Positions 34,930 to 44,016 of a DNA stretch of 64,000 bases are shown here, in pieces (the first letter of the stretch is position 1; every line of letters starts with the position of its first letter). A program made the translations under genes and the position numbers. Below the pieces are notes generated by a model. That model was not told where the DNA came from. It did not search any database and was given only the letters and a program-made list of their open reading frames with translations. Source of the DNA: a bacterium (GTDB lineage Bacteria > UBA8248); contig CBDBEV010000001.1 in the NCBI GenBank assembly GCA_965204535.1, positions 2,624,001 through 2,688,000 of the forward strand. Direction: 5' to 3'.

Positions 34930-37284
34930 ATGTTTTTCCGCAAGAACATGCCCATGAACAGACTATCCGTTTTCGCCCTGACGGCGCTCCTGGCGCTGGG
35001 GCCTGCGGGATGCGGCGGCGGTGGGGGCGGCGGCCCGACCGTGGGCGCCCCGCCCGCCAAAATGCCGGACCAGCCGCAATCCGGAGGGATCACACGGAGC
35101 CCGATCAACGTACTGCCCCACCCCAGAGGCGTCGGGAACGTCGCCTCGCTCCCTTGGGAGGACGTGCGTCTTCCCACGCGGCAGGGCGTGCGGCAGCGTC
35201 TTCTGCTCGCCAAGGCGGGGAATGCAGGGACCAAGGCCGTGATTCTCTTCATGGGCGGCGCGGGAACGCCGATTACGCGGGAGAGGGACCACAGACTCAG
35301 CGGCAATTTTCTGGTGAGAAGCTCAGCACTTTTCGCCGAGGCGCGCTTCGTCACGGCCATCATCGACGCTCCTTCGGACAGGAGCGAAGGCATAGAATTT
35401 TCATTCAGGTGGTCGAGTCAGCATCATGCGGATGTGCGTGCGGTGGTGGATTTTCTGGTGAGCGAGGGCGCGCGTGAGGTGTACCTAATCGGTACGAGCA
35501 ACGGCTCGATGTCCGTCGCATATCTGGCCTCTGTGATTACGCATCCGAGAGTCGCGGGCTATGTTCTGACCGCAAGCGGGAAGTCGATAGTGTCTTATGC
35601 AAGCGCAATCAGAGACCCCGTCCTGATGGTGCATCACACGGACGACTTGTGCCCCGGTACGCAGTTTTCGGATGCACAGACTACATTCAACGCGATCACG
35701 AACAGCCCGCGCAAGGAGTTCGTCTCCGTGAGCGGAGGGGATCCGCAGAGAAGCCCCAGTGTTTGCCAGGCGCAGACAGCGCACGGGTTCCTGGGCAAGG
35801 AGCGCGAGACGGTGGGGGCCATCGTCGAATGGATGAACACGGGAACGGTGACGAAGATGAACCTGCTCACGGCGGATGACGCGCCCGCGCCGCACAAGGC
35901 GTGGCTCGCGCGCTTCGGGCGGGCGGCGGCGGAGCACGTCACCGGGGCCATCGGCGACAGGATGCGCGGAGCGCCGAACGCTCGCCTGACGCTGGGTGGT
36001 CAGGATATCGATTTGGCAGGCTCCCCCCTCCCTCTGGCGGAGGCTGATGCCGGCGCGCGCCTCGCGGGGGATCTGCTTGAGGAACATAACGGAGACGCCC
36101 TCACGGGGCGCGAGATGTCGATGAGTGAGTTTCTGCTCGCGAGTTCCTTTCATCTGGCCTCTGCGGAGGGGAGTGATTCCGGCGGGGGCTGGTCGTTCTG
36201 GGGTGGCGCGGCGCGCTCGGGCTTCGACGCGAAAGAGGGCGCGCTCGCGCTGGACGGCGACGTCACGACCGCCACGCTGGGCTTCGACTTGGAACGCGAG
36301 CGGTGGCTGGCCGGCGTGGCGCTCTCGCGCAGCGCGGGAGAGGGTGAATTCCGCATCGGTGGAACCTGCGCTTCGGGCTGCGGCGGCGAACTCGAGAGTA
36401 CGCTCACCGGCGCCTATCCCTATGCGCGCTATCGCTTCAGCGAGCGCCTCTCGGCCTGGGGAATACTCGGCCACGGGCGCGGGGAGTTGACGCTCACCAC
36501 GGGGGGAGGGAGTCCCGCCGAGACCGACATCGAGATGAACATGGCGTCTTTAGGTGCGCGCGGCGTGCTGCTGCCCGCCGTGAGCAAGGGAGATTTCGAA
36601 CTTGCGCTTCGCTCGGACGCGCTGATGACGTGGACGAGTTCCGAAGCAACTCAAGACCTCGCCGAGGCCGATACGGAGACGAGCCGCCTTAGGCTCGCGC
36701 TCGAAGCTTCGCGTGAGTTCGGGCTCGCCTCGGGCGCGAGTCTCGCGCCCTCCATCGAGGTGGGCCTTCGCTACGACGGCGGCGACGCCGAGACGGGAGG
36801 CGGCGTCGAGGTCGGCGGCGGGCTTCGCTACGCGGGTTCGGGCTTCACGGTACAGGTGAGCGCCAGAGGACTGCTGGCGCATGCGGATAGCGATTATGAG
36901 GAATGGGGTGTGAGCGGCTCGGTGCGCCTCGCTCCGGGCGAGGGGGGACGCGGGTTGTCCATGCGGCTGGGTTCTTCCTGGGGCGCTCCGGCGGGCGGAG
37001 CGGAACAGCTCTGGGCCGGGCGGGGCGCGGCGGGTTTAATCGGAAACGGAGAATTCGAACCGGGCGCACGCCTGGACGCGGAGGTGGGCTACGGTCTGGA
37101 CGGCATGGGCGGCCTCCTCACCCCCTACGGCGGGGTGTCGCTCTCAGAAAGCGGACAGAACTACCGTGCGGGCGGGCGCTTCCGTCTCGGGGAGAGCCTG
37201 AGCATGAGTCTGGAGGGCGAGCGCCGCGAAGGTGCGAAAGACATCGAACACGGCTTGGCGCTTCGCGGCTCCCTGCGCTGGTAG
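34930..37284 (+). CDS. Autotransporter-like outer-membrane protein with lipoprotein-like signal and alpha/beta-hydrolase passenger
   Basis: ALGPAG-C followed by poly-Gly; GTSNG nucleophile elbow, DDLCP, HGF; AWLARFGR helix, beta-barrel, terminal LRGSLRW. Confidence 0.85.
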   Translation: MFFRKNMPMNRLSVFALTALLALGPAGCGGGGGGGPTVGAPPAKMPDQPQSGGITRSPINVLPHPRGVGNVASLPWEDVRLPTRQGVRQRLLLAKAGNAGTKAVILFMGGAGTPITRERDHRLSGNFLVRSSALFAEARFVTAIIDAPSDRSEGIEFSFRWSSQHHADVRAVVDFLVSEGAREVYLIGTSNGSMSVAYLASVITHPRVAGYVLTASGKSIVSYASAIRDPVLMVHHTDDLCPGTQFSDAQTTFNAITNSPRKEFVSVSGGDPQRSPSVCQAQTAHGFLGKERETVGAIVEWMNTGTVTKMNLLTADDAPAPHKAWLARFGRAAAEHVTGAIGDRMRGAPNARLTLGGQDIDLAGSPLPLAEADAGARLAGDLLEEHNGDALTGREMSMSEFLLASSFHLASAEGSDSGGGWSFWGGAARSGFDAKEGALALDGDVTTATLGFDLERERWLAGVALSRSAGEGEFRIGGTCASGCGGELESTLTGAYPYARYRFSERLSAWGILGHGRGELTLTTGGGSPAETDIEMNMASLGARGVLLPAVSKGDFELALRSDALMTWTSSEATQDLAEADTETSRLRLALEASREFGLASGASLAPSIEVGLRYDGGDAETGGGVEVGGGLRYAGSGFTVQVSARGLLAHADSDYEEWGVSGSVRLAPGEGGRGLSMRLGSSWGAPAGGAEQLWAGRGAAGLIGNGEFEPGARLDAEVGYGLDGMGGLLTPYGGVSLSESGQNYRAGGRFRLGESLSMSLEGERREGAKDIEHGLALRGSLRW

Positions 37285-37381
37285 GTCGATTCCGACTGGG
37301 CAGGGGCTTTTTCAACAATCCCATGCGGCCCTTACAGCGTAATGACGATCTGTAAACGGAATGCGTCCGTGAACGCCCTCC

Positions 37382-38206
37382 CTACCTCTTCTCCGCCGAG
37401 ATGAGCCTCGCCTGCATGGGCACCGCGATGGTTCCGTCGCTCTCGTACTCGCGCAGCATCCCGACCAGCGCTTCGCGTATCTTCTCTCTCGCTTCGGCCG
37501 TCTGGGAGGCGAGGCGAGAGGCCGTGCGCACGGTGGATTTCTCAAAGACCTCGATGATGCGGGCCGGCTCTTGCGCTTCCATGTACAGGGTGAATCCTGC
37601 GATCTCGGGCGCGGAGAAGCCCGCCGCCGTCATGACGCGCGCGCATTTTTCATCGTCTTCCAGGAAGGGATCGGGCGGGCCGGCCACGAGAGGCACGTCC
37701 GGGTCGCCGTGCTCTTTAATCGCCCGCGCCATCAAGGAGCGGTGGCCCGCGTCGTGCGTCCAGGCGGTGAAGGCGAGCTTTCCGCCCGATTTCAAGACGC
37801 GGGCCGTTTCGGCCAGCGCGACTTCCGGGTAGGGGAAGTGCAGGAAGCCGAAGTTGCTTGCCACGGCGTCGAAGCGTTCGTCTTCAAAGGGCATGTCCTC
37901 CGCGTCGCAGTGCCGGAACTCCGCCCCCGGCCAGCGGCGCGCGGCCTCGGCCAGCATGTCGTCGGCGAAATCCGCCCCCACCACCGTGCAGCCGCGCATG
38001 AGCGCCCCCGCGGAGACGACCCCCGTCCCGCAGGCGAGGTCGAGCAGGCGCGTCCCGAAGCGCGCGTCTACGGCGTCCAGCAGCGTGGGAACCGCCTGCG
38101 CCGTGATGACGCCGAAGAGATCGTTGTATTCCCCCGCCGCGCCGTTCCAGCCGGTGCGCTCGAACTCGCGGAAGGCTTCGGGGTCGTACCCGGATGTTTC
38201 ATTCAT
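37382..38206 (-). CDS. Class I SAM-dependent methyltransferase (UbiE-like)
   Basis: LLDLACGTG, DAEDMPFEDERFDAV, RVLKSGG. Confidence 0.92.
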   Translation of the reverse strand: MNETSGYDPEAFREFERTGWNGAAGEYNDLFGVITAQAVPTLLDAVDARFGTRLLDLACGTGVVSAGALMRGCTVVGADFADDMLAEAARRWPGAEFRHCDAEDMPFEDERFDAVASNFGFLHFPYPEVALAETARVLKSGGKLAFTAWTHDAGHRSLMARAIKEHGDPDVPLVAGPPDPFLEDDEKCARVMTAAGFSAPEIAGFTLYMEAQEPARIIEVFEKSTVRTASRLASQTAEAREKIREALVGMLREYESDGTIAVPMQARLISAEKR

Positions 38207-38229
38207 GCGATGTCTCCCAGATTCTCGCC

Positions 38230-39633
38230 TCACCGGTCGCCGCGCGCCACCAGGTCCACGCCGTCCGTACCGATGATCTCACACGCGATGATCTCCCCCG
38301 GCTCGGCCTCCGTCTCGTGCAGGAAAACCTCGCCGTCCACTTCCGGGGCCTGGAGCCGCGTCCGCCCGCGCAGGAGACCCTCTCCCGTCAGGCTCTCGAC
38401 GAGCACCTGCGTCTTCTGGCCGATGAGCGCTTCACTCTCCTCGGCCATGATGCGCTCCTGAAGCGCGAGCAGGCGCGCCATGCGCTCGCTCGCGAGTTCG
38501 GCGGGCACCTGATCGGGCAGCCGCGCCGCGATGGAGCGGTCCTCGGGCGAGAAGACGAAGCCGCCCAGCCGCGCGAAGCGCGTCTCCTCGACGAAGTCGA
38601 GCAGGCGTTCGAAATCCGCATCCGTCTCCCCCGGAAAGCCGACGAGCATGGTGGTCCTGAGCGCGCAGCCGGGCACTTTTTCCTTGATGCGCGATACGAG
38701 TTCGCGCGTTCCTTCTTCATCTATGCCCCGCCGCATGGCGTCGAGCACCGGCGTGGCGACGTGCTGGAGCGGCATGTCGATGTACTCGCACACCTTGGGC
38801 AATTCGCGGTAGGCGTCGAGCAGTTCGTCCGTCACCCCGCGCGGGTAGTTGTAGAGCACGCGGATCCACTCGAGGCCATCCACGTCGTTCAACTCCTCCA
38901 GCAGCCTTGCGAGGGAGAAGCCGAGTCCCAAGTCGACGCCGTAGCTCGTTATCTCCTGCGCGAGCAGGTTCACTTCCCGAACGCCCGCCTCGGCCAGCGC
39001 GCCCGCTTCCTCCACCACCAGTTCGAGCGGGCGCGAGCGGAACCTGCCGCGGAACCTGGGGATCACGCAGAAGGTGCAGGGGCGTGAGCAGCCCTCGGCG
39101 ACTTTGAGATACGCGCTCGGCCCCGGCTCCGCGAGGATGCGCGGCAGCCTCCTGCCGTAGTCCATCAGGGTGTCCGAGAACGCCTCGCGCGCGCCGCCGC
39201 GCTCCCCGCCCAGCAGCGCGGGCAACCGGTCGTACTCGCGCGTCCCGATGAACAGGTCCACCTCGGGCAGGCCCTGGGCGAGTTCCCCCCGGTAGCGCTC
39301 GGCCAGGCAGCCGGCCACGACGAGGGTTTCGAGACCGCCCGCAACTTTAAGCTGGGCGACTTCCAGAATCGTGTCGATGGATTCTCGCTTCGCGTCCTCG
39401 ATGAAGCCGCACGTGTTCACGATGGCGACCTGCGCGTCTTCTGCGTCGCTCACGAGCCTGTAGCCCGCGCCCGCGAGGGCGGCGAGCATGATCTCCGAAT
39501 CCACCGTGTTCTTGGCGCAGCCGAGCGATATGAGTGCGGCGCCGGGCGCTTCGGGCCCCAGGGGAACAGGCGCGTCGCGCCGCACGAGGGGCATCTCGGA
39601 GATGGGCTGGATTTGCAGGAGGTTTTCGCTCAT
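38230..39633 (-). CDS. rimO: Ribosomal protein S12 methylthiotransferase
   Basis: SLGCAKNTVDSE, VNTCGFIEDAKRESI, AYLKVAEGCSRPCTFC, YIDMPLQH, QAPEVDG (TRAM domain). Confidence 0.96.
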   Translation of the reverse strand: MSENLLQIQPISEMPLVRRDAPVPLGPEAPGAALISLGCAKNTVDSEIMLAALAGAGYRLVSDAEDAQVAIVNTCGFIEDAKRESIDTILEVAQLKVAGGLETLVVAGCLAERYRGELAQGLPEVDLFIGTREYDRLPALLGGERGGAREAFSDTLMDYGRRLPRILAEPGPSAYLKVAEGCSRPCTFCVIPRFRGRFRSRPLELVVEEAGALAEAGVREVNLLAQEITSYGVDLGLGFSLARLLEELNDVDGLEWIRVLYNYPRGVTDELLDAYRELPKVCEYIDMPLQHVATPVLDAMRRGIDEEGTRELVSRIKEKVPGCALRTTMLVGFPGETDADFERLLDFVEETRFARLGGFVFSPEDRSIAARLPDQVPAELASERMARLLALQERIMAEESEALIGQKTQVLVESLTGEGLLRGRTRLQAPEVDGEVFLHETEAEPGEIIACEIIGTDGVDLVARGDR

Positions 39634-40955
39634 CGAGCGGCCCCCGCCTTCGAACCTTTGGGATCGATGTGCCATTCCTCCCTGGGCCGGTTGAAATAGC
39701 GGATGGCCACGCCGGGCAGTTCCTCCCGGTAGACCTCCAGCATACGCGCCATGCCCATCGCCTCGCCCATATCGCCGACCTCGGGCAGGGTGTCGAGATA
39801 GAGCGCGGGGTCGATGCAGAGGTTTTTCATCTGGATCACGTGCAGGCCCGTTCGCGCCGCGAGCGCGAGGGTCGCCTCGACCTCGGCTTCCAGGTCCGTG
39901 ACGCCGGGGAAGACCAGGTAGTTGATCTGCGTGTAAAGCCCTGCGTCGACGGCGGCCTTCACGCAGTCCTCTAAGTCGGAGAAATCATACGTCTCGGGCC
40001 GGTAATAGGCGTGGTGCCACTCGGGCGTCGTGCTGTTCGTGCTGATTCGGATGCTCTCCAGGCCCGCATGGGCCAGGCGCTCCATCCATTCGGGCCGGCT
40101 GCCGTTCGTGTTGAGGTGGAGGGTGCCGCGCTCCGTCCGCTCGCGGATGATTCGGCAGGCGCGCTCGATGACGCCCGCCTGGAGAAGCGGCTCGCCTTCG
40201 CAGCCCTGGCCGAAACTCGCGACGGCCATTTCGGCGCCTTCGAGGTGGGGGAGGGCGATCTCGCAAAGCTCTTCCGGCGTCGGGACGATCTCGATGCGCC
40301 GGTGGCTCGCCGGGAAAAGGTCGTCCGTCTGGAGCGATATGCACCCCCGGCAGTCCGCGTTGCAGAGCGGGGCGATGGGCAGGCCCATCTCCCAGCGGCG
40401 GGCGAAGAAGTTTTTCGCGGCGAAGCAGTGGAACTCCCGCGCGCAGCGCGCGAGGTGGGGGATCATTCGGTTTTCGGGGTGGGCGTCGCGCATCCGCTCG
40501 ATCCGCCCCGATAATCCTGTGTCGTCGTATTCCTCGGGTTCCCAGCGCGGGCAGTCGTCCACGCGTAGGGCGGCGCAGACGAATTCTTCTGTCTCTTCAT
40601 CGAAGCCGAGAGCGGTGTAGGCCCAAAGGGGTAGCACCGCCGCGCCGGGGTCTCTCTCGGCGAAGGGGAGCAGGGTGCGCATCCAGCCGGGGGAGGGAAA
40701 TGTGCAGGCGGCCTGCAACGGGGTTGGCCCGTCGCCCCAGTCGGCTTCTTCCACACTCACGAGCGCGTCCTCTTCCGGGTCGCCGCCGACGGGAACGCTG
40801 TCCGGGATGGTGAAGAACTTGCTCCCCGCCGGCAGGGGGGAGAGTTCAGAGGGATCGGGCGCCACGGGTTCGCTCCCCTGTGCGCCCACCATCTCGAACT
40901 CGGGGTGTTCGAACAGGTTGCCCTCGGCGTCCGCGACCACCATCAATGGCGACAT
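39630..40955 (-). CDS. Uncharacterised radical SAM protein
   Basis: CNADCRGC (CxxxCxxC), SFGQGCEGEPL, LNTNGS, NYLVFPGVTD; 4-bp overlap with rimO. Confidence 0.9.
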   Translation of the reverse strand: MSPLMVVADAEGNLFEHPEFEMVGAQGSEPVAPDPSELSPLPAGSKFFTIPDSVPVGGDPEEDALVSVEEADWGDGPTPLQAACTFPSPGWMRTLLPFAERDPGAAVLPLWAYTALGFDEETEEFVCAALRVDDCPRWEPEEYDDTGLSGRIERMRDAHPENRMIPHLARCAREFHCFAAKNFFARRWEMGLPIAPLCNADCRGCISLQTDDLFPASHRRIEIVPTPEELCEIALPHLEGAEMAVASFGQGCEGEPLLQAGVIERACRIIRERTERGTLHLNTNGSRPEWMERLAHAGLESIRISTNSTTPEWHHAYYRPETYDFSDLEDCVKAAVDAGLYTQINYLVFPGVTDLEAEVEATLALAARTGLHVIQMKNLCIDPALYLDTLPEVGDMGEAMGMARMLEVYREELPGVAIRYFNRPREEWHIDPKGSKAGAAR

Positions 40956-41169
40956 GGGTTTCCGTCTCCTGAAAAGAGGAGGGCTTATGAGAGATTCCGC
41001 CTCCTCGCACCGAGGCCATAACCTAGCAGAACTCGCCCACCCCCCGCCAGCTTGCGGCCCTTGCCAGCGGCCCCTGGTTTCGCAATACTTGGAGCTTCTC
41101 TCCATTCATGGGATGGGGATTTCTTTTTCAAAGACGAACCGCGATCCCGCAAGACGGAGGTGCGCCCAC

Positions 41170-42000
41170 GTGAGTCCCGAAGAACAACTTTCCCGAGTCG
41201 CCCTGGTGAAATCGGAAACCGAGCGCCTCTCGGCCTACTGGCGCGGTTTTTCGGACGCGCGCTGGGAGATGGAGACGTTCTGCCCCGGCTGGCAGGCGCA
41301 GCACGCCGTCTCCCATCTGGCGACGGGGGCGGATTTTTACACGAACTCGATCCGCCGGGCGCTGGAGGGACTGCCGCCCGAACCGCCCTACGGCAGCAAC
41401 GTGAAGGAGTTCTTCGCCATCCGCGCCGCCAAGGGCGAGGAACTCATGGCTTTGCCCCGCGATGAGATGATGGATGCGTTCGACGCCTCGGCCGCCGGGG
41501 TGAACGATGCGCTTGCGGAGGTCACGGCGGAAGACATCGCCAAGCTCGGCTTTCACCCCCGGGGCCTGACGCGGCTGGACGCCTGGATCGGGCTGAGACT
41601 CGTCGAACTCGTGGCGCACGACTGGGACGTCCGCTACGGGGAAGACGCGGAAGCATGCGTCTCCGAAAACGCCCTGGAGGGCATCATGAGCTTCCTCCCC
41701 GCGAGCCAGAACCGCCTGTTCGGCGTCCGCGAGAACCCGCCCTTCGACGGGCGCTTTCTGTTCCGCTCGAAAACGCCGGACCGGGAGTGGACGATCACCG
41801 TCGCCGGTGAGAAGGCGGAGGAATCCGCCCACACGTCCGGTTCGCACGACGCCGTCATCACCGCGGACGGCGAGGCGCATTTTCTTTTGCTCTACGGGCG
41901 CGCGAAGCGCGGCGCCATGGAGGACGCGGGCCGCCTCGAAGTCGAGGGGAACGCGGAGCTGGCGAACGAACTTTTATGCGTTTTATATACGAATTATTGA
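41170..42000 (+). CDS. MDMPI/TIGR03083-like DinB-superfamily protein with SCP2-like C-terminus
   Basis: TFCPGW...AVSHL, ELVAHDWDV (metal-ligand His/Asp), GRLEVEGN. Confidence 0.85.
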   Translation: MSPEEQLSRVALVKSETERLSAYWRGFSDARWEMETFCPGWQAQHAVSHLATGADFYTNSIRRALEGLPPEPPYGSNVKEFFAIRAAKGEELMALPRDEMMDAFDASAAGVNDALAEVTAEDIAKLGFHPRGLTRLDAWIGLRLVELVAHDWDVRYGEDAEACVSENALEGIMSFLPASQNRLFGVRENPPFDGRFLFRSKTPDREWTITVAGEKAEESAHTSGSHDAVITADGEAHFLLLYGRAKRGAMEDAGRLEVEGNAELANELLCVLYTNY

Positions 42001-42021
42001 TCCCAAAGGAGCAAACCCTTC

Positions 42022-42915
42022 ATGTCACCGATCACGAAAGTAGACGGGTACGCCTATTATCCGGGCAGCAGGACGCGCATCGACGCCATGCGCTCCGCCG
42101 ATCCGGCCAAAACGCCGTGGACGCCGCTGCCGAAGCCGCTCTCGGAGTGCAAGGTCACGCTCGTCTCCACGGCGGGCATCTTCATGAAAGGTGACGTTTC
42201 CTTCGATTACGAGCGCGAGTGGCGCGAGCCGCACTGGGGGGACCCCACCCACCGCGAGATTCCCAGAACGGCCGCCCAGGATGACTGTGAATACTCGCAC
42301 CTGCACATCAACACCGAGTACCTGAAACAGGACAGGAACGTGTCGTTTCCGGTGGACATTTTTCTGGACTACGAGCGCGAGGGGAAGATCGGCGCGCTCG
42401 CCGACACGCTCTACTCCACCATGGGCTATACGCCCAACTTCCATCCCCTGCTGAAGAAGACGGCTCCCCTGATGGCCGAAAAGATGCACGCGGAGGGTGT
42501 GGACGCGGCGTTTCTCATCCCCGTCTGACCGCTCTGCATGCGGTCCGTGAGCCTGCTGCAGAGAAGACTGGAAGAGTTGGGAATCGCCACCGTCTCGATA
42601 TGCAACCAGCCGGACGTGTCCGAGAAGGTCTGTGTGCCGAGGGCGGTCTTCATCCAGTATCCCTTCGGGCGCATGCTGGGGGACGTGGGCGACAGAGCCG
42701 GCCAGCGCGCGGTGTGCGACGACGTGTGCGCGCATCTGGAAGCCGCAGATGGCCCGAACGCCTACCGCCACCTCACGCACGAGTGGCCCGAACCGCCCGA
42801 AGAGACCCAGTGGAAGCCCCTCACGCCCGCGCCCATGCACGTCCTGCGCAACAACGGCACGGCGCCCAAGGGCCTCGCGCACTACCAGGACGACGAGCGG
42901 CCCGATTTGACGTAA
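42022..42915 (+). CDS. PrdB/GrdB-like selenoprotein; Sec at TGA 42526-42528 (297 aa, joins two track ORFs)
   Basis: PWTPLPKPLSECKVTLVSTAG, DRNVSFP, EGVDAAFLIPV-U-PLC.RSVSL..R.LEE.GIATV, VPRAV...YPFG; the two ORFs are in the same frame. Confidence 0.9.
42532..42563 (+). promoter_or_regulatory. Candidate bacterial SECIS element
   Basis: CTCTGCA-TGCGGTC-CGT-GAGCCTGC-TGCAGAG hairpin directly after UGA; small G-containing apical loop about 17 nt from the UGA. Confidence 0.65.
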
Positions 42916-42948
42916 GCGCCTCGTCTCGGTTCCGGCGTGGGCGAAATT

Positions 42949-43556
42949 GTAGGGACAGGTCGCGACCTGTCCCTGCGGGAGGACAATCACGGGGGGATGT
43001 CCCTACGACGTTACAGGTCGACCGAGCCGGTGACCTGTAGGGGCCGCATACATGCGGCCCATTCTCTTAGGCCATCAAACCACGGGTCGTATATATGTGT
43101 GGGGCGGCCCCGAGGAGGGGCCGCCACCTACAAACGGGTTCACGATCAAAACAACATGCGGGCGGACACACGGGTCCGCCCTGCGGTAATCCTCCCTCCC
43201 CGGTTGGGGTTCACCCGTAGGGACAACCCCCCGTGGTTGTCCTTTGTCAGGGTGTCGGACAGGCACGGGGGCCTGTCCCTACGGGGCGGTGCCTCCTCGG
43301 TCGGTTGGATTGCCCTCTTACCTGCATGAAAAGCAACCCCCCCTACCCCCCCTTGACAGGGGGGTATAAAAAGGCGACGCCCGCCGCCGGGTTGAGAGGG
43401 GTTTTGCTTTTTCTTGCCCCCCTGACAAGGGGGGGTAGGGGGGGTTGGTTTTGTGCCCTGAGGAGGGGGGACTTTTTCAACAACCCCATATGCGACCCCA
43501 GCAAACGGGTTCACAATCAAAACGACACACGGGCGGACACACGGGTCCGCCCCTAC
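42949..43556. repeat. Large mosaic REP/BIME-like cluster (at least six families)
   Basis: Family A 42949; GTAGGGGCCGCATACATGCGGCCC 43037; GGGCGGACACACGGGTCCGCCC x2 (43160, 43531); GTAGGGACAACCCCCCGTGGTTGTCC 43217; C-rich/G-rich inverted pair 43337-43444. Confidence 0.9.
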
Positions 43557-43589
43557 GGCGAACTCTCCCTCTCCCCGGTCGAGTTCGAC

Positions 43590-43931
43590 CTAAAACAACC
43601 GCCCGCCCAACACCGCGCCCTTCTCATCCGGCGCGATGAGCACCACCTCGCCCCGCTCATCCGGCACGCCGAGGGTGAGGACTTCGGACATGAAGGGCCC
43701 TATCTGCCTCGGCGGGAAGTTGACCACGGCGAGAACGAGTTTTCCCTGGAGTTCTTCTTTGGAGTAAAGCGCTGTGAGCTGGGCGGATGATTTCCTGACC
43801 CCCAGTTCCTCGCCGAAATCGATCCAGAGCTTATAAGCCGGTTTTCTCGCCTCGGGGAAATCCGCCGCCTCGACCACGCGCCCCAGGCGGATGTCCAGCC
43901 TGTCGAAATCCTCCATCGTCGCCATTTTCAT
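43590..43931 (-). CDS. csaA: tRNA-binding protein / export chaperone CsaA
   Basis: DFDRLDIRLG, FPEARKPAYKL, SSAQLT, VVNFPPRQIG...SEVLTLG. Confidence 0.93.
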   Translation of the reverse strand: MKMATMEDFDRLDIRLGRVVEAADFPEARKPAYKLWIDFGEELGVRKSSAQLTALYSKEELQGKLVLAVVNFPPRQIGPFMSEVLTLGVPDERGEVVLIAPDEKGAVLGGRLF

Positions 43932-44016
43932 ACTTCTCCCGTTTCATGGGCCGTGCGCGTCCGGTGCGCCGCAGTCCTGACCGGTTTCCCGCCTCACCTG
44001 AACGGGGACGCGTGCC

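Noticed and set aside
40675-41169. N-terminal extensions of track ORFs (also 7894, 22553, 50776, 56145, 59114)
   Set aside because: They overlap neighbouring genes or promoters. Downstream starts with RBS and family-typical N-termini were used instead.
42022-42915. Two separate genes or a nonsense pseudogene
   Set aside because: The TGA falls exactly at the UxxC catalytic position, in frame, and is followed by a SECIS-like hairpin.
42949-43556. Possible CRISPR array
   Set aside because: The repeats are of several different sequences and orientations with irregular spacing, and no cas genes are present. This fits REP mosaics.
42937-43790. Track ORFs across the repeat cluster (also 34546-34842, 46647-47084, 48557-48781)
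   Set aside because: They translate REP sequence (VGTGRDLSL, RADTRVRPY) and have no protein-family motifs.
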